Shown: piece by piece, positions 1-10,286 of the stretch
Layout: each line of letters begins with the position of its first letter
Position numbering within the stretch: position 1 is the first letter of the stretch
Source of the DNA: Enterococcus phage AllMyExes
Strand: one strand, 5' to 3'
DNA: 64,000 nt
Sequence record: PV544171.1
The notes under the pieces: generated by a model
Databases searched by the model: none
Seen by the model: only the letters and a program-made list of their open reading frames with translations
What the model was told of the DNA's origin: nothing
Made by a program: the position numbers and the translations under genes

Positions 1-3000
1 GTACTTGATGATGATGGCAAACCAGATTTGCACGATTTGCTAATTCATATTAACCCAGATGGTACTTATAGAACTTCTATGATGAACAAAGAAGAGGATT
101 GGCGTACACTATTTGAAATGACACCAGATGGCAGAGTTAAATTAAGAAAACAAGACTCTATTAATATTGATGGTGGCATAGAAATAAGTGAGCTAGGAAT
201 CAACAATGAGGGGTTCGTTTATTTACGTAATGGGGATATGGATTTAGAAGTACGAAAAGATGGTATCTATTCACAAGGGAAACTGTTTACAGCCGATGTA
301 GACCTATCCGATGTATATGACAAACTAAATGGGTTGTCTATACAGATTAAGGAAACAAATGGTCAATTAGAGATTATAGCTAATGGTGTAGAAGAACAAA
401 ATGGAAAAATATCAGAACTTTCTACAGAAATAACAATTGTAGCAGGTAAAGTTGAATCAAAAGTAACAAAGACAGAAGTTCAGGATATGATTGACAGTTC
501 TTTTGTAGATATGTCTGATGCGATTAAAAAAGCACAAGAAGATGCTGACAAAGCAAATAAAGTGATTGCAGATATGTCTAGTGATAACAGGTTGACTCCA
601 AGTGAAAAAATAGATTTATTAAAAGAATGGGATATTATAAAAAATGAATATCCAAGCTATCTTGAACAAGCAGAGACCTACGAGGTTGACAGTAAAGACT
701 ACACTGCTAAGTACAATTCATTAGAGCTATTTGTTACCCCTATATTGGCTGACATGGAATCAACTAGCTCAGTAGACGGAGCAACACTTCGCAAAACGTT
801 TAATTCTTACTATACAGCAAGAATAGCTTTACTAAATTCTATTAGTAAAAAACTAAAAGACGGTATCACAGAGGCTATGAAAAAAGCATCCCAAGCATCA
901 CTAGATGCAACACAAGCAATGGCAGATGCCTCACAAGCTAAGATTGATGCAGATAATGCTAACAAACTTATATCTGATATAGCAAGTGATAATAAGCTGA
1001 CACCTTCTGAAAAATACCAACTTAAAAAGGAATGGGATGTAATTGTTAAGGAATACCCTACAACAATTGCACAAGCAGAGAAGTACGCAGTAGACACAGC
1101 AGAGTATACAGCTAAATATAAAGCCCTAGAGCTGTTTGTAGAGCCTTTGTTTAAAGACATGGATGAAACTAGTATAGTAGATGGAGAACGCCTTAGAGCG
1201 ACATTCTCGGACTATTACGCAAGTAAGATTGCGTTACTAAAAGAAGTAACGGATTCAGCTAAAACAGAGCTAGATGCCTATGGTAATAAAATATCTGTAA
1301 TGGAAACAAACATTACTCAAACGTCAGAAGCTATTACTTTACTAGCTACTAGAGTACAAACTGTAGAAGACGGTGTACAATCAAATAAGGCACAAATCGA
1401 AATACAAGCTGAACAAATTAGTCAAAAAGTAACTGCTAGTGAGGTTAAAGGAATTGTAGACGATTCTATTAACAATCTAACATTAGGTGGAACTAACTTA
1501 TTTGTTATAAAGACACAGACAGCAGGTTTACTAAACGAGAATGATGGAACTGTAGGTACTGCAGTAGACAACTCAGTAGTGTCAGACTACATTAAAGTTA
1601 ATCAAAAAACACCATATATTGCTACACTTTATGGTAACACTGGCACAAACATGATTATAACAGACTGGTACGATAAAAATAGAACATTTATTTCTGGGGA
1701 AGCTGTGGCAGACTCTGGGGATTTTAGTAAAAAGTATGTATCACCCGAGAACGCAGTTTATGCTAGAGTAAGTTATAAGAAAGCAAACTCTGTGAATATC
1801 AAATTCGAGGCAGGTACAAAGGCTACTGATTACAGCCCTTCATGGGAAGACATAAAAGGTGACCAAACTGCTTTAGAGGAATACATTAAAAAAGTAGAAG
1901 AACAAGCCAAGAAAGCTCAACAAGATGCTGAAAATGCTAAAAATGATGCTGAAAATGCAAATAACGCAATAGCTGATATGTCGAATGACAATATGTTAGC
2001 ACCGAATGAGAAAAAACAAATACTCTTACAATGGGAACAGATTAAAACAGAGTATCCAATAAACTTAGACCAAGCAACTAAATTTGGAGTGTCTTCTCAA
2101 CAGTATACAACAGCATATAACGCACTAGACGAGTACTTAAAACCGATACTAGCTGATATGACAACAACTTCTGTAGTAGTTGGTTCTACTTTAAGAAATA
2201 CGTTTAACAATTACTATGACAAAAGAACTACTTTGCTAAACAGAATATCTGACGTAGCAAAAAATGTAGCAGATAAGGCGCAAGAAACTGCAGATACTAT
2301 CAATGATAATTTACAAAATATTGGTGGGTACAACTATGTAGGGTTCTCTTCCGGAGACAATATGTTGCCTAGACTAATGATTAAAAACGTTGGTTACTAC
2401 ACATTAGGTTCGTCAACCACAGAGTTCATTGACAGCATGGTAGCTGTAAAAGGTGATGCAACGACCCAACCTTTCGATTATACTGTAGGTACTTCTGATA
2501 AAGAAATTGCTGGTGGCGGTTTAGCTGATTACCGTATGAAAGAAGTAAAAGAAGGTCAGTGGCTAACAGCTTCTGCAAATGTGCAGGTAATAGGTGGTGG
2601 CTCCGCTAGATTAGCTATCTACACTTTAGAAGGGGATAACTGGGTAGGCTCTAATAGTACACCTATACAAGTAAGTGATGGTTTGAAACGTGTTGTGGCT
2701 CAAAGAAAAGTAACAGGCTTAACAAAAGGTGTGCTAATACGTATTGAGTCAGCAGACACTAATGTTAAAGAGTTTCGATTTGGTAATGTTCAACTAGAAG
2801 TTGGTATTATCCCAACTCCTTGGAAAAAGTCTGATATAGATATTCAAGAGGACATAAACAATGTTGTTCAGAATATAAAAACATACACTGCTTGGGCTAA
2901 CGATTTACAGGGTCTTGATTTTACAAGAGAAAAGGTTGAAGGAAAAACTTACATGTATGTAGGTACCTCTATGAAAGATAGTGATAACTATTCAGATTAT

Positions 3001-4806
3001 ACATGGAGGCTAACTGATGAACATATAGAAGGTCAGATTAATGGTAAGGAAGGCGCATGGATTTATTCTCCAACAGCCCCTACTAATCCATCGCAAGGGC
3101 TTATATGGGTAGACTTGTCAAAAGTACCTAACCAACCTAAGCGTTGGGTAGATTCAGAAACTGGGTGGGTTGCATTAACACCAGAAGAGGTTAAAGATTT
3201 ACCTTGGGGTGAAGATGGCACAAACTTAGCTGACTGGGTAGCACAGGCAGAGCAGAGAATATCTTCCGATAGCATTATAAATACTGTACTAGGTTCTGAG
3301 GATTTTACTAGTGTGTTTGATACAAAGGCTAACACTACTGACCTAGATAACTTAGCTACCTATGAAGATTTAGACTCAATAAAAGAGGACTATAACCGAC
3401 TAATCAAAGAAGGCATAAACGGTATTGATTTTACCCCTTATGTAACTAACTCCGAACTACAACAGCTTAAAGACAGCTTTAACTTCTCTGTTCAACAAGC
3501 CGGAGGAGTTAACATGCTTAAAAACTCTTTAGGATTCTCTGGGTTAGACTTCTGGGATGGTACAGTAGGGAAGAACTTATTACCTAACTCTACTTGGAAT
3601 TTAGGTTTCGGTAGATGGGGTGGCGCTTCAATCGCTAGTTTTGAAATATTACCACCAGAAGACGACAAGCCTACAAGTCATATACTGGGTTCAATAGGTT
3701 CTCGTTCTTCTACTAAAGAAATAGGTAATAGACCCCACCCATTAAAAGTTAACTCTGGTGAAACGTATACAATAAGCTTTGATTATAAAGAAGAGGCATT
3801 GGCTTATGATAAGGACAGACCTATCCTTGTTGTTAGAAACTACCCTGATAAGGACACAGACCAATGGATGGAGTACTCAATAGAAGGTTGGGCAGTAATG
3901 GCTAACGGAAGCACTACTGACTTAACTGTTTGGAGACGTTTTACAAAAACATTTACAATAGGTACTAGTGGCTACTTAGATATTTTACCTAAAACTATAG
4001 TAGAGTCATGGACACACAGGTCTTTTTGGAGAGAGCTAAAAATAGAGGAAGGGTCACAAGCTACTACTTGGGTACCTAACAAGGAAGACGGGGCGTTTAC
4101 CGGTGGTATTGTTGAAACTACCCAAACAGAAGAACTAGCTAACCTCGGGTTCGGTTCGGGATTTGTTAGTTCTAAAAGACCTAGCTCTTCATTAACACAG
4201 TCTGTAGAACTACCTGAAATAGGTGCTAACCTTGAGTATTCACTATCTTTTTATATGAAGGTAACTACAGACAATCCTGTAGCCGACTTTAAATGTGGTA
4301 TTCGGGTTTATGAGGGGGATACTCTAACTTATACATTAGGCATAGAAGATGCAACACAGCCAATACCACTAGGGTTCCAACAATACAAGCTTGTGTTCAC
4401 TCCCACAAGTACCTCTACTAAAATAGAAATGTTTGTAGAGAATGGACAAGAGGCATCTGTTATTATATCAGGTATTATGTATAATATCGGGAATATACCT
4501 CTTAAATGGCAACCATATCCAAGTGAGATATACAATACGAATGTTAAGATTGATATTAATGGGGTAACTGTTAAAAACAATCAAACAGATGGGTACACAA
4601 TGATTACCCCCCAAGAGTTCTCAGGGTATTCTCGTATTGATGGTAACATAGAACGTATTTTCACTTTAAATGGGCAGGTAACAGAAGTTAAAATGCTAAA
4701 GGCTGAAAAACGTATAACTATGGAACCAGTATCTGTGTTTGCTATGAATACAGTAACAGATACAAAAAGAATTAGAGGTTGGGCATTTGTACCATCATTT
4801 GAATAA
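1..4806 (+). CDS. Giant tail/baseplate-associated structural protein (5'-partial). Three internal coiled-coil repeats of about 115 aa plus CBM-like beta domains.
   Basis: The reading frame is open from nt 1, so the gene starts upstream of the window. Three repeats of the unit (DADKANKVIADMS.DN.LTPSEK...EW..I..EYP...AE.Y.V....YTAKY..LE) lie at about nt 520-853, 889-1228 and 1879-2233. The C-terminal half is beta-rich, with modules ending in (K/E)IE.G..aT.W.P. Position is immediately upstream of the baseplate genes. Confidence 0.6.
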   Translation, partial: VLDDDGKPDLHDLLIHINPDGTYRTSMMNKEEDWRTLFEMTPDGRVKLRKQDSINIDGGIEISELGINNEGFVYLRNGDMDLEVRKDGIYSQGKLFTADVDLSDVYDKLNGLSIQIKETNGQLEIIANGVEEQNGKISELSTEITIVAGKVESKVTKTEVQDMIDSSFVDMSDAIKKAQEDADKANKVIADMSSDNRLTPSEKIDLLKEWDIIKNEYPSYLEQAETYEVDSKDYTAKYNSLELFVTPILADMESTSSVDGATLRKTFNSYYTARIALLNSISKKLKDGITEAMKKASQASLDATQAMADASQAKIDADNANKLISDIASDNKLTPSEKYQLKKEWDVIVKEYPTTIAQAEKYAVDTAEYTAKYKALELFVEPLFKDMDETSIVDGERLRATFSDYYASKIALLKEVTDSAKTELDAYGNKISVMETNITQTSEAITLLATRVQTVEDGVQSNKAQIEIQAEQISQKVTASEVKGIVDDSINNLTLGGTNLFVIKTQTAGLLNENDGTVGTAVDNSVVSDYIKVNQKTPYIATLYGNTGTNMIITDWYDKNRTFISGEAVADSGDFSKKYVSPENAVYARVSYKKANSVNIKFEAGTKATDYSPSWEDIKGDQTALEEYIKKVEEQAKKAQQDAENAKNDAENANNAIADMSNDNMLAPNEKKQILLQWEQIKTEYPINLDQATKFGVSSQQYTTAYNALDEYLKPILADMTTTSVVVGSTLRNTFNNYYDKRTTLLNRISDVAKNVADKAQETADTINDNLQNIGGYNYVGFSSGDNMLPRLMIKNVGYYTLGSSTTEFIDSMVAVKGDATTQPFDYTVGTSDKEIAGGGLADYRMKEVKEGQWLTASANVQVIGGGSARLAIYTLEGDNWVGSNSTPIQVSDGLKRVVAQRKVTGLTKGVLIRIESADTNVKEFRFGNVQLEVGIIPTPWKKSDIDIQEDINNVVQNIKTYTAWANDLQGLDFTREKVEGKTYMYVGTSMKDSDNYSDYTWRLTDEHIEGQINGKEGAWIYSPTAPTNPSQGLIWVDLSKVPNQPKRWVDSETGWVALTPEEVKDLPWGEDGTNLADWVAQAEQRISSDSIINTVLGSEDFTSVFDTKANTTDLDNLATYEDLDSIKEDYNRLIKEGINGIDFTPYVTNSELQQLKDSFNFSVQQAGGVNMLKNSLGFSGLDFWDGTVGKNLLPNSTWNLGFGRWGGASIASFEILPPEDDKPTSHILGSIGSRSSTKEIGNRPHPLKVNSGETYTISFDYKEEALAYDKDRPILVVRNYPDKDTDQWMEYSIEGWAVMANGSTTDLTVWRRFTKTFTIGTSGYLDILPKTIVESWTHRSFWRELKIEEGSQATTWVPNKEDGAFTGGIVETTQTEELANLGFGSGFVSSKRPSSSLTQSVELPEIGANLEYSLSFYMKVTTDNPVADFKCGIRVYEGDTLTYTLGIEDATQPIPLGFQQYKLVFTPTSTSTKIEMFVENGQEASVIISGIMYNIGNIPLKWQPYPSEIYNTNVKIDINGVTVKNNQTDGYTMITPQEFSGYSRIDGNIERIFTLNGQVTEVKMLKAEKRITMEPVSVFAMNTVTDTKRIRGWAFVPSFE

Positions 4807-4821
4807 ATAATTCAACTTTTT

Positions 4822-4860
4822 AACCGAAAACTTCACTTACAAGTCGTTTTCGGTTAATTT
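4822..4860 (+). terminator. rho-independent terminator-like hairpin (10-bp perfect stem AACCGAAAAC/GTTTTCGGTT)
   Basis: Read directly. The T-tract is weak. Confidence 0.45.
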
Positions 4861-4905
4861 GTGTTATACTATATAGAGAAGGACACGAAAGGACGATGAG
4901 ACTAT

Positions 4906-7317
4906 ATGGCTTTAAACGGAACAAAGTATACAGCCTTTGCCCGACATAGATTAGTTTTAGAGTGGCGCGCAAATCAAAACATTGCAGGGAACTACTCAAC
5001 AATCAGCGTATGGCTATACCTACAATCTATGGATAAATGGGGTAGACTTGATGCTCCCGCTATCGGTGATGCCAAAGTTACCGTAGAAGGAACTACACAG
5101 ACAGAAAAAGCTTCCTCTATGTTAAATGCTTTCCAAAAGAAACTATTACTAGCTAAAGAGTGGAGAGTTAACCATAATAATGACGGTTCTAAAAGAATAA
5201 CTATTGGAGGTAGCTACTTTGTAAACGTTACTTTTACTGATAACGGTGTACCAACATATTATGGTACGATAACTATACCTAATTTTTCAGTAGACCTAAA
5301 TAGAATACCTAGAAGAAGTTCATTAAACCCTGTCCCTACATTAAATTTACCGGGGAACTTACCAATAACAATAAATAGGCAGAGCTCCACATTCAAACAT
5401 AATCTAACTGCTTGGGTGGCTAACAGAGATAACCCCACATTAAACAATGATGACCATTGGACGTACTTGACAAACCTTAATGATGTAGGCACTAGTGGAG
5501 CGTTTAGTTTTACAGTAGCAAATAACAAAACTATTTTTACTGCATTAAACAAAAGAACTAGTTGGCAAGGCAAGGTTAAACTCTGGACTATAGGGTTAGA
5601 TGATGTAGTTAGTCAGGAAAGAACATACAAGATTGTCCCCCCAATGAATGCACAAGCATCGGGAGGTAAGATAACCTTAAATGTGGGAGAGAAAATCAAT
5701 GTATCACTAAGTAACTATCGGTCTGATGCAAACTTTACTTATGATGGGGTATTTAACATTAGTGGGCTCAACATACCTATTGCTACAAATTCAGCAGGGA
5801 ACACAATGTCGTATACACTAACTCAAACAGATGTAGACAATATATTGAAGAAAATACCAAATGCGGATTCCTCGTGGGGTCAAGTAACTGTAACAAGTAA
5901 GTATAGTGGAGTACAATACAGGACTCCATGGACAGGACAGAGAATAGATATAACTATACCTAAAAACAAGTATGTACCAAGCATTAATGGTACCCCTACT
6001 TATGAAGATACAAGTAATGTCTCTGTCGGGCTTACAGGTAACAATCAGGTAGCCCTTCAAGGTAAGTCTAATATCAAAGTGATTATCCCTGCTAACTTTG
6101 CAACGGCTAATGGTTACTCTACTTTGAAAACAATTGATGTGTCTTTAGGTGGTACATCAAAAACAATCAACTATTCAAATGCAGAAACAGTTGTAGAACT
6201 AGGAGCACCTGCTAACCATACATCAGATACATTAATAGTCACAGTAACTGACAGTCGTGGGTTTAAGTCTAACTGGACAAAACATGTAGACATTTATCCC
6301 TATGAAAATCCAAATATGGACTTTACAGTCGCACGTAGAAATAACTTTGAGACAACGACAGATATTAATGTTAATAGTACATGGTCTCCTATCACTATAG
6401 GTGGTGTAAACAAAAATGCTATCCAATCAGTAACCTACGCAACAAAAGTAGCAGGTGTTGGTACTTATGGAGCAGAAACTGCTTTAAATTTTACAGCTAA
6501 TGGTAGTATGGTAACAGTAAAAAATACACCAATAGAATTAGATAATACCAATACATACGAAGTTAGGTTGAGTGTAACTGATAAGTTTAGTACGTTTACT
6601 AGAACAGCTACTGTTAAACCGGGTAACCCTATCATGTTTATTGATGCCGATAATCGAAGTCTGTTTTTAGGTAATGCCTTTGTTGACAATAACAATAATG
6701 AGCTAAGAGGCTTATTAGAGATAGAAAGAGATAAGTGGCAGGAGAATGGTTTAGTAGGAATATCCTTAAACAACAGTGATATATCAGCAGTCAATGGCAT
6801 ATGGTTCTCGACAGATACATCAAATAACGGAGGTGAAGGAGTTCACTTTATTAAATCAGGTAAACCAAGAAACTCCTTAAAGTGGGAGGACTATGACTAC
6901 GTTTATATGAGGGACAATGGATTCTATGTTAACAATGACTCTAATCCTATATTTGAAGTTTCTGACACTGGTACGATGACGTTTCCTACTAAACAGCTTT
7001 GGAAAGGGGCTGCCTATTTAAATGAGAAACAAGAAGTTTTACCTAGCAAAAAATTAACAGAGTGCCGAAACGGATGGGTTTTGACCTTCTCCGCATATGA
7101 GTCAGGTGCAGGGCAACCTTGGGATATAACTCAGGTATTTATTCACAAGTCTGTACTAGACCAGTTTAACACAAGAGGGTTTAGGGCTATAATAGGTCAT
7201 GGAACTACGATAACATTTAAATATATGTATATAACTGACGGTCGTATTGGTGGTAATGTTAATAATGGGACAGGAGTTAACAATGGCATTGTTATAAGGG
7301 AGGTATCAGAATGGTAG
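4906..7317 (+). CDS. tail fibre / receptor-binding-like structural protein (803 aa, N/T/G-rich, Ig-like beta repeats)
   Basis: Long ORF that follows a hairpin terminator and a 5'UTR. Composition and repeated beta-strand motifs are typical of fibre proteins. No enzymatic motifs seen. Confidence 0.45.
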   Translation: MALNGTKYTAFARHRLVLEWRANQNIAGNYSTISVWLYLQSMDKWGRLDAPAIGDAKVTVEGTTQTEKASSMLNAFQKKLLLAKEWRVNHNNDGSKRITIGGSYFVNVTFTDNGVPTYYGTITIPNFSVDLNRIPRRSSLNPVPTLNLPGNLPITINRQSSTFKHNLTAWVANRDNPTLNNDDHWTYLTNLNDVGTSGAFSFTVANNKTIFTALNKRTSWQGKVKLWTIGLDDVVSQERTYKIVPPMNAQASGGKITLNVGEKINVSLSNYRSDANFTYDGVFNISGLNIPIATNSAGNTMSYTLTQTDVDNILKKIPNADSSWGQVTVTSKYSGVQYRTPWTGQRIDITIPKNKYVPSINGTPTYEDTSNVSVGLTGNNQVALQGKSNIKVIIPANFATANGYSTLKTIDVSLGGTSKTINYSNAETVVELGAPANHTSDTLIVTVTDSRGFKSNWTKHVDIYPYENPNMDFTVARRNNFETTTDINVNSTWSPITIGGVNKNAIQSVTYATKVAGVGTYGAETALNFTANGSMVTVKNTPIELDNTNTYEVRLSVTDKFSTFTRTATVKPGNPIMFIDADNRSLFLGNAFVDNNNNELRGLLEIERDKWQENGLVGISLNNSDISAVNGIWFSTDTSNNGGEGVHFIKSGKPRNSLKWEDYDYVYMRDNGFYVNNDSNPIFEVSDTGTMTFPTKQLWKGAAYLNEKQEVLPSKKLTECRNGWVLTFSAYESGAGQPWDITQVFIHKSVLDQFNTRGFRAIIGHGTTITFKYMYITDGRIGGNVNNGTGVNNGIVIREVSEW

Positions 7318-8036
7318 AAGAAACTCAAAAAATATTTGTAACACTAGATGATAAAGATTTTGTTAGTAACTGGGGAACGTCACTCAATAGTGATGAACCT
7401 GTCTATGAAGTAGATTTGCCAATGGATTCTCCATTCTTTTCACATTACTATTCAAATTGTTTTCAGTATGTAGATGGAGAGCTAGTCTTAAGTGAAGAAA
7501 AGTTATTAAAAGTAGAGCTACTAGCAGTAGCCAGTAAGTTTAAAAGGGACTGTGAAGAGACCTACATATTGCAAAAAGTTCCTTATACAATATCAGGCAC
7601 TACCTACTTATTTGATGTTATTAGCGATGATGAGTTTATTAATAAAATAACTCTACTAGACAATAAAATTCAAGATTATGTTGGGATAACTGCTTATGCT
7701 ACATCAGATGGTTCTCAATCGATACTTAAATTTGATAAGTCCCAATATACTACTATGACTAGATATATTAAAAAAGTAGTTGAGTCTAGGGAAAATAAAT
7801 TAAATAATAAGTTGCTTCCTATGATTGAAAATGCTAAGTCTGTAGAAGAAGCCAAAGAAATTTCTTGGAGTTCTGTGCCCGATGAGTTGCTACCGGAGCA
7901 AGAGAACAATGAACCTCAAGACGAGCAAAGTATAGATAGTTTAATTAAAGAAAATAAAGAATTAAGACAAAAAGTAGAATTTAATGAGCTAGCCTTAATG
8001 GATGCAATAAACATGTTCTCGGAAATGAACAAGTAA
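7311..8036 (+). CDS. putative tail fibre assembly/chaperone-like protein (coiled-coil C-terminus)
   Basis: Overlaps the stop of the upstream fibre gene by 7 nt (translational coupling). 241 aa, with an acidic, coiled-coil C-terminal tail. Confidence 0.3.
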   Translation: MVEETQKIFVTLDDKDFVSNWGTSLNSDEPVYEVDLPMDSPFFSHYYSNCFQYVDGELVLSEEKLLKVELLAVASKFKRDCEETYILQKVPYTISGTTYLFDVISDDEFINKITLLDNKIQDYVGITAYATSDGSQSILKFDKSQYTTMTRYIKKVVESRENKLNNKLLPMIENAKSVEEAKEISWSSVPDELLPEQENNEPQDEQSIDSLIKENKELRQKVEFNELALMDAINMFSEMNK

Positions 8037-8067
8037 GCTACTATTAATTAAAGGAGGTGATATTTCT

Positions 8068-8214
8068 ATGTACCCATACTTATCAATGTTATATGCATCT
8101 TATGTAATCAAAGACCCTGAGAACTATCCTTTAGAGAAGGTTCCGGCACTAATTAGAGAAGATGTGGAGAAAATCGTGGAAGAGATGGCAAAAAAGAACG
8201 AAAAACAAGGATAG
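8068..8214 (+). CDS. small hypothetical protein (48 aa), not in the supplied ORF track
   Basis: ATG at 8068 is preceded by a strong RBS (AAGGAGGTGA, about 8 nt spacer). It is followed by the terminator at 8281-8308. Confidence 0.4.
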   Translation: MYPYLSMLYASYVIKDPENYPLEKVPALIREDVEKIVEEMAKKNEKQG

Positions 8215-8280
8215 TTAATTTAGTAATTGGAGTAACAATAGGTTTAATCATAGGGCTACTAATTTAAACTAATATAAATG

Positions 8281-8308
8281 AGGGTAGTTTGTGCTACCCT
8301 CTTTTTTA
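8281..8308 (+). terminator. rho-independent terminator (AGGGTAG/CTACCCT plus T6)
   Basis: Read directly. Confidence 0.55.
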
Positions 8309-8350
8309 TACTATATTGTACTATATTAAGGAACGAAAGGAGCGGTTACT

Positions 8351-9040
8351 ATGGGACAATCAGATGGTATGGGCGGTACATTAAAACGTATTGCGATTCA
8401 AGTAGGTAACGACCCGAATAAAGGTTGGTATCGATTTCAAGTAAACCCAACTCAATATAAATATAATAAGCCACATCGTGTTACTATATTTAAAACTAAA
8501 TCAAACATTATAACAGAAGACTTTGGTAAAGACATAGAAACTATCCAATTTTCTGGTACAACAGGATTCAGGGTAGACAGCAGAGGTAAAAATGGGGCGG
8601 ACAGACTAAAAGAATTAGAAGAAATAATAGATAATTACGCAAAACAGGGCGGTAATGGTAATAGGTCTAGTGTAGAGATGAAATTTTATAATTTCACAGA
8701 CGATAAATATTTTGTTGTTCATTTAGCACCAGAAGGGCTATCCATTGAACGTTCTGCAGAACAGCCATTATTATTTAATTACACCTTAAGTTTAGTCGTG
8801 TTAAGAGAGGCAGGACAGCCCTCTGAGAGAGCTCAAGTAAGCCCTCAAATAGGTAATGTAAGTCCTAGCATTGGACGGATATACAATGCACAACAGGACA
8901 CTAGAACACCTGCTCAAATACTTCATGATGAATATAGGAGAAGTGTTATGCCAAATACAGCAGTAAATCCTGCAGTAACATCAGGAGCCTATAACTATGG
9001 TGTAAATGAGTTAAAAAAAATAATCGGATATGGAGGGTAG
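8351..9040 (+). CDS. hypothetical baseplate-region structural protein
   Basis: RBS AAAGGAG upstream. Lies in the baseplate cluster, upstream of the gp25-like and J-like genes. Confidence 0.35.
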   Translation: MGQSDGMGGTLKRIAIQVGNDPNKGWYRFQVNPTQYKYNKPHRVTIFKTKSNIITEDFGKDIETIQFSGTTGFRVDSRGKNGADRLKELEEIIDNYAKQGGNGNRSSVEMKFYNFTDDKYFVVHLAPEGLSIERSAEQPLLFNYTLSLVVLREAGQPSERAQVSPQIGNVSPSIGRIYNAQQDTRTPAQILHDEYRRSVMPNTAVNPAVTSGAYNYGVNELKKIIGYGG

Positions 9041-9043
9041 CTC

Positions 9044-9580
9044 ATGGAAAAAGTAGAACAATCCGCAGATTTGCTAAGATTTTTTAGATATTTAAATGTC
9101 GATATTAGCGGTGAAGTTGTAGCTAATGTTATTGACGACCAACCAAACTTTATATCAAGGTTCTACACCCCTCATACACGAGTTAATAAAATATCTAGTA
9201 CACTATTAGATATTGTTCGAGATAACGATATAGGGGAAACAAATAAGGCTTTGTCTAAAGACTCCTTAACCTACAAATTTTTAAAAAGTGGGCTTAAGCT
9301 TTCATCTCCACGTATTTACGAACTAGCACAAATTGTAGTATTAGAATCCTTTGCTCTTATATATGCTATCGAAGAAGAACCAGAGATGTTTAAAATGATT
9401 AACGAATCAGATGTAAAGCAGACTAGAGAAAATGTTAAATACTTAATTGACTGTTTAGGGGGAGCAAAAGACTATACAGACATAGTGATGGACTTACAAT
9501 CTATGGATGTCGCTCTAGGGTATATTCAGGAGCAAGTTCCTTTAATACAAGGAGGTTTACCAGTAAATGGCACGATATAA
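9044..9580 (+). CDS. hypothetical baseplate-region protein
   Basis: RBS GGAGGG. Tightly packed between structural genes. Confidence 0.35.
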   Translation: MEKVEQSADLLRFFRYLNVDISGEVVANVIDDQPNFISRFYTPHTRVNKISSTLLDIVRDNDIGETNKALSKDSLTYKFLKSGLKLSSPRIYELAQIVVLESFALIYAIEEEPEMFKMINESDVKQTRENVKYLIDCLGGAKDYTDIVMDLQSMDVALGYIQEQVPLIQGGLPVNGTI

Positions 9581-10271
9581 AAAGCATTTAATTGTATATG
9601 GGGATACAATGCAATCCATAGCACAAAAAGAAACAGGCTCTGTAGATAATTGGGTAAAAATTGCGGAGTACAACGACTTAGTTTACCCTTACATAGTAGA
9701 TACTATGCAAGAAAAAATGAGCAACTTAGAACATCTAGCTACACTTGGAGACACCCTTTTTATACCTGATGAAGGTAACTTATTGGACATTAACACAAGC
9801 TCGTTAAACCAAAGAGATATGGATTTCTTGTTAGGCTTAGCTTTAGGTAAAGACTTGGATATGACAAGTGACACAGACTATTATGAGAATCATGGAACAA
9901 GTGATGAAGTGTTTGCAATAACACATAATGGGCATGGGGACTTGAAGATAGCTAGTGGGGCGGACAATATTAAGCAAGCCACTATATCAAGATTGATGAC
10001 AGCTAAGGGGTCTCTTATGTTGCATCCAGAGTATGGTAGTGACTTGCACTTAATGTTCGGTAAAACAACAATTGAACAAATGAAAATAATTAGTATAGAA
10101 GTATGTGATACAGTACTTAAAGATACACGAGTAGCAGAATGCGTTCTAGTAAACCACTATATTGAAGAAGACCGATATGTTGGTAACTATAGAGCAACCT
10201 TACAGTCTACTAGAGAGCAATTTGAGTTTGTTGTTCAAAACGATAACTCGGGGGCTCTAATTATTGTATAG
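9567..10271 (+). CDS. baseplate wedge protein: N-terminal LysM-like domain plus gp25/GPW-like domain
   Basis: N-terminus YGDTMQSIAQK...IAEYNDL fits the LysM pattern. C-terminal HPEYGSDLHLMFGK...IEV.D.V fits the gp25/W family motif (EFGS.L..L.F). Sits immediately upstream of the J-like gene. Confidence 0.5.
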   Translation: MARYKKHLIVYGDTMQSIAQKETGSVDNWVKIAEYNDLVYPYIVDTMQEKMSNLEHLATLGDTLFIPDEGNLLDINTSSLNQRDMDFLLGLALGKDLDMTSDTDYYENHGTSDEVFAITHNGHGDLKIASGADNIKQATISRLMTAKGSLMLHPEYGSDLHLMFGKTTIEQMKIISIEVCDTVLKDTRVAECVLVNHYIEEDRYVGNYRATLQSTREQFEFVVQNDNSGALIIV

Positions 10272-10286
10272 AAAGGATAAGGTTTA

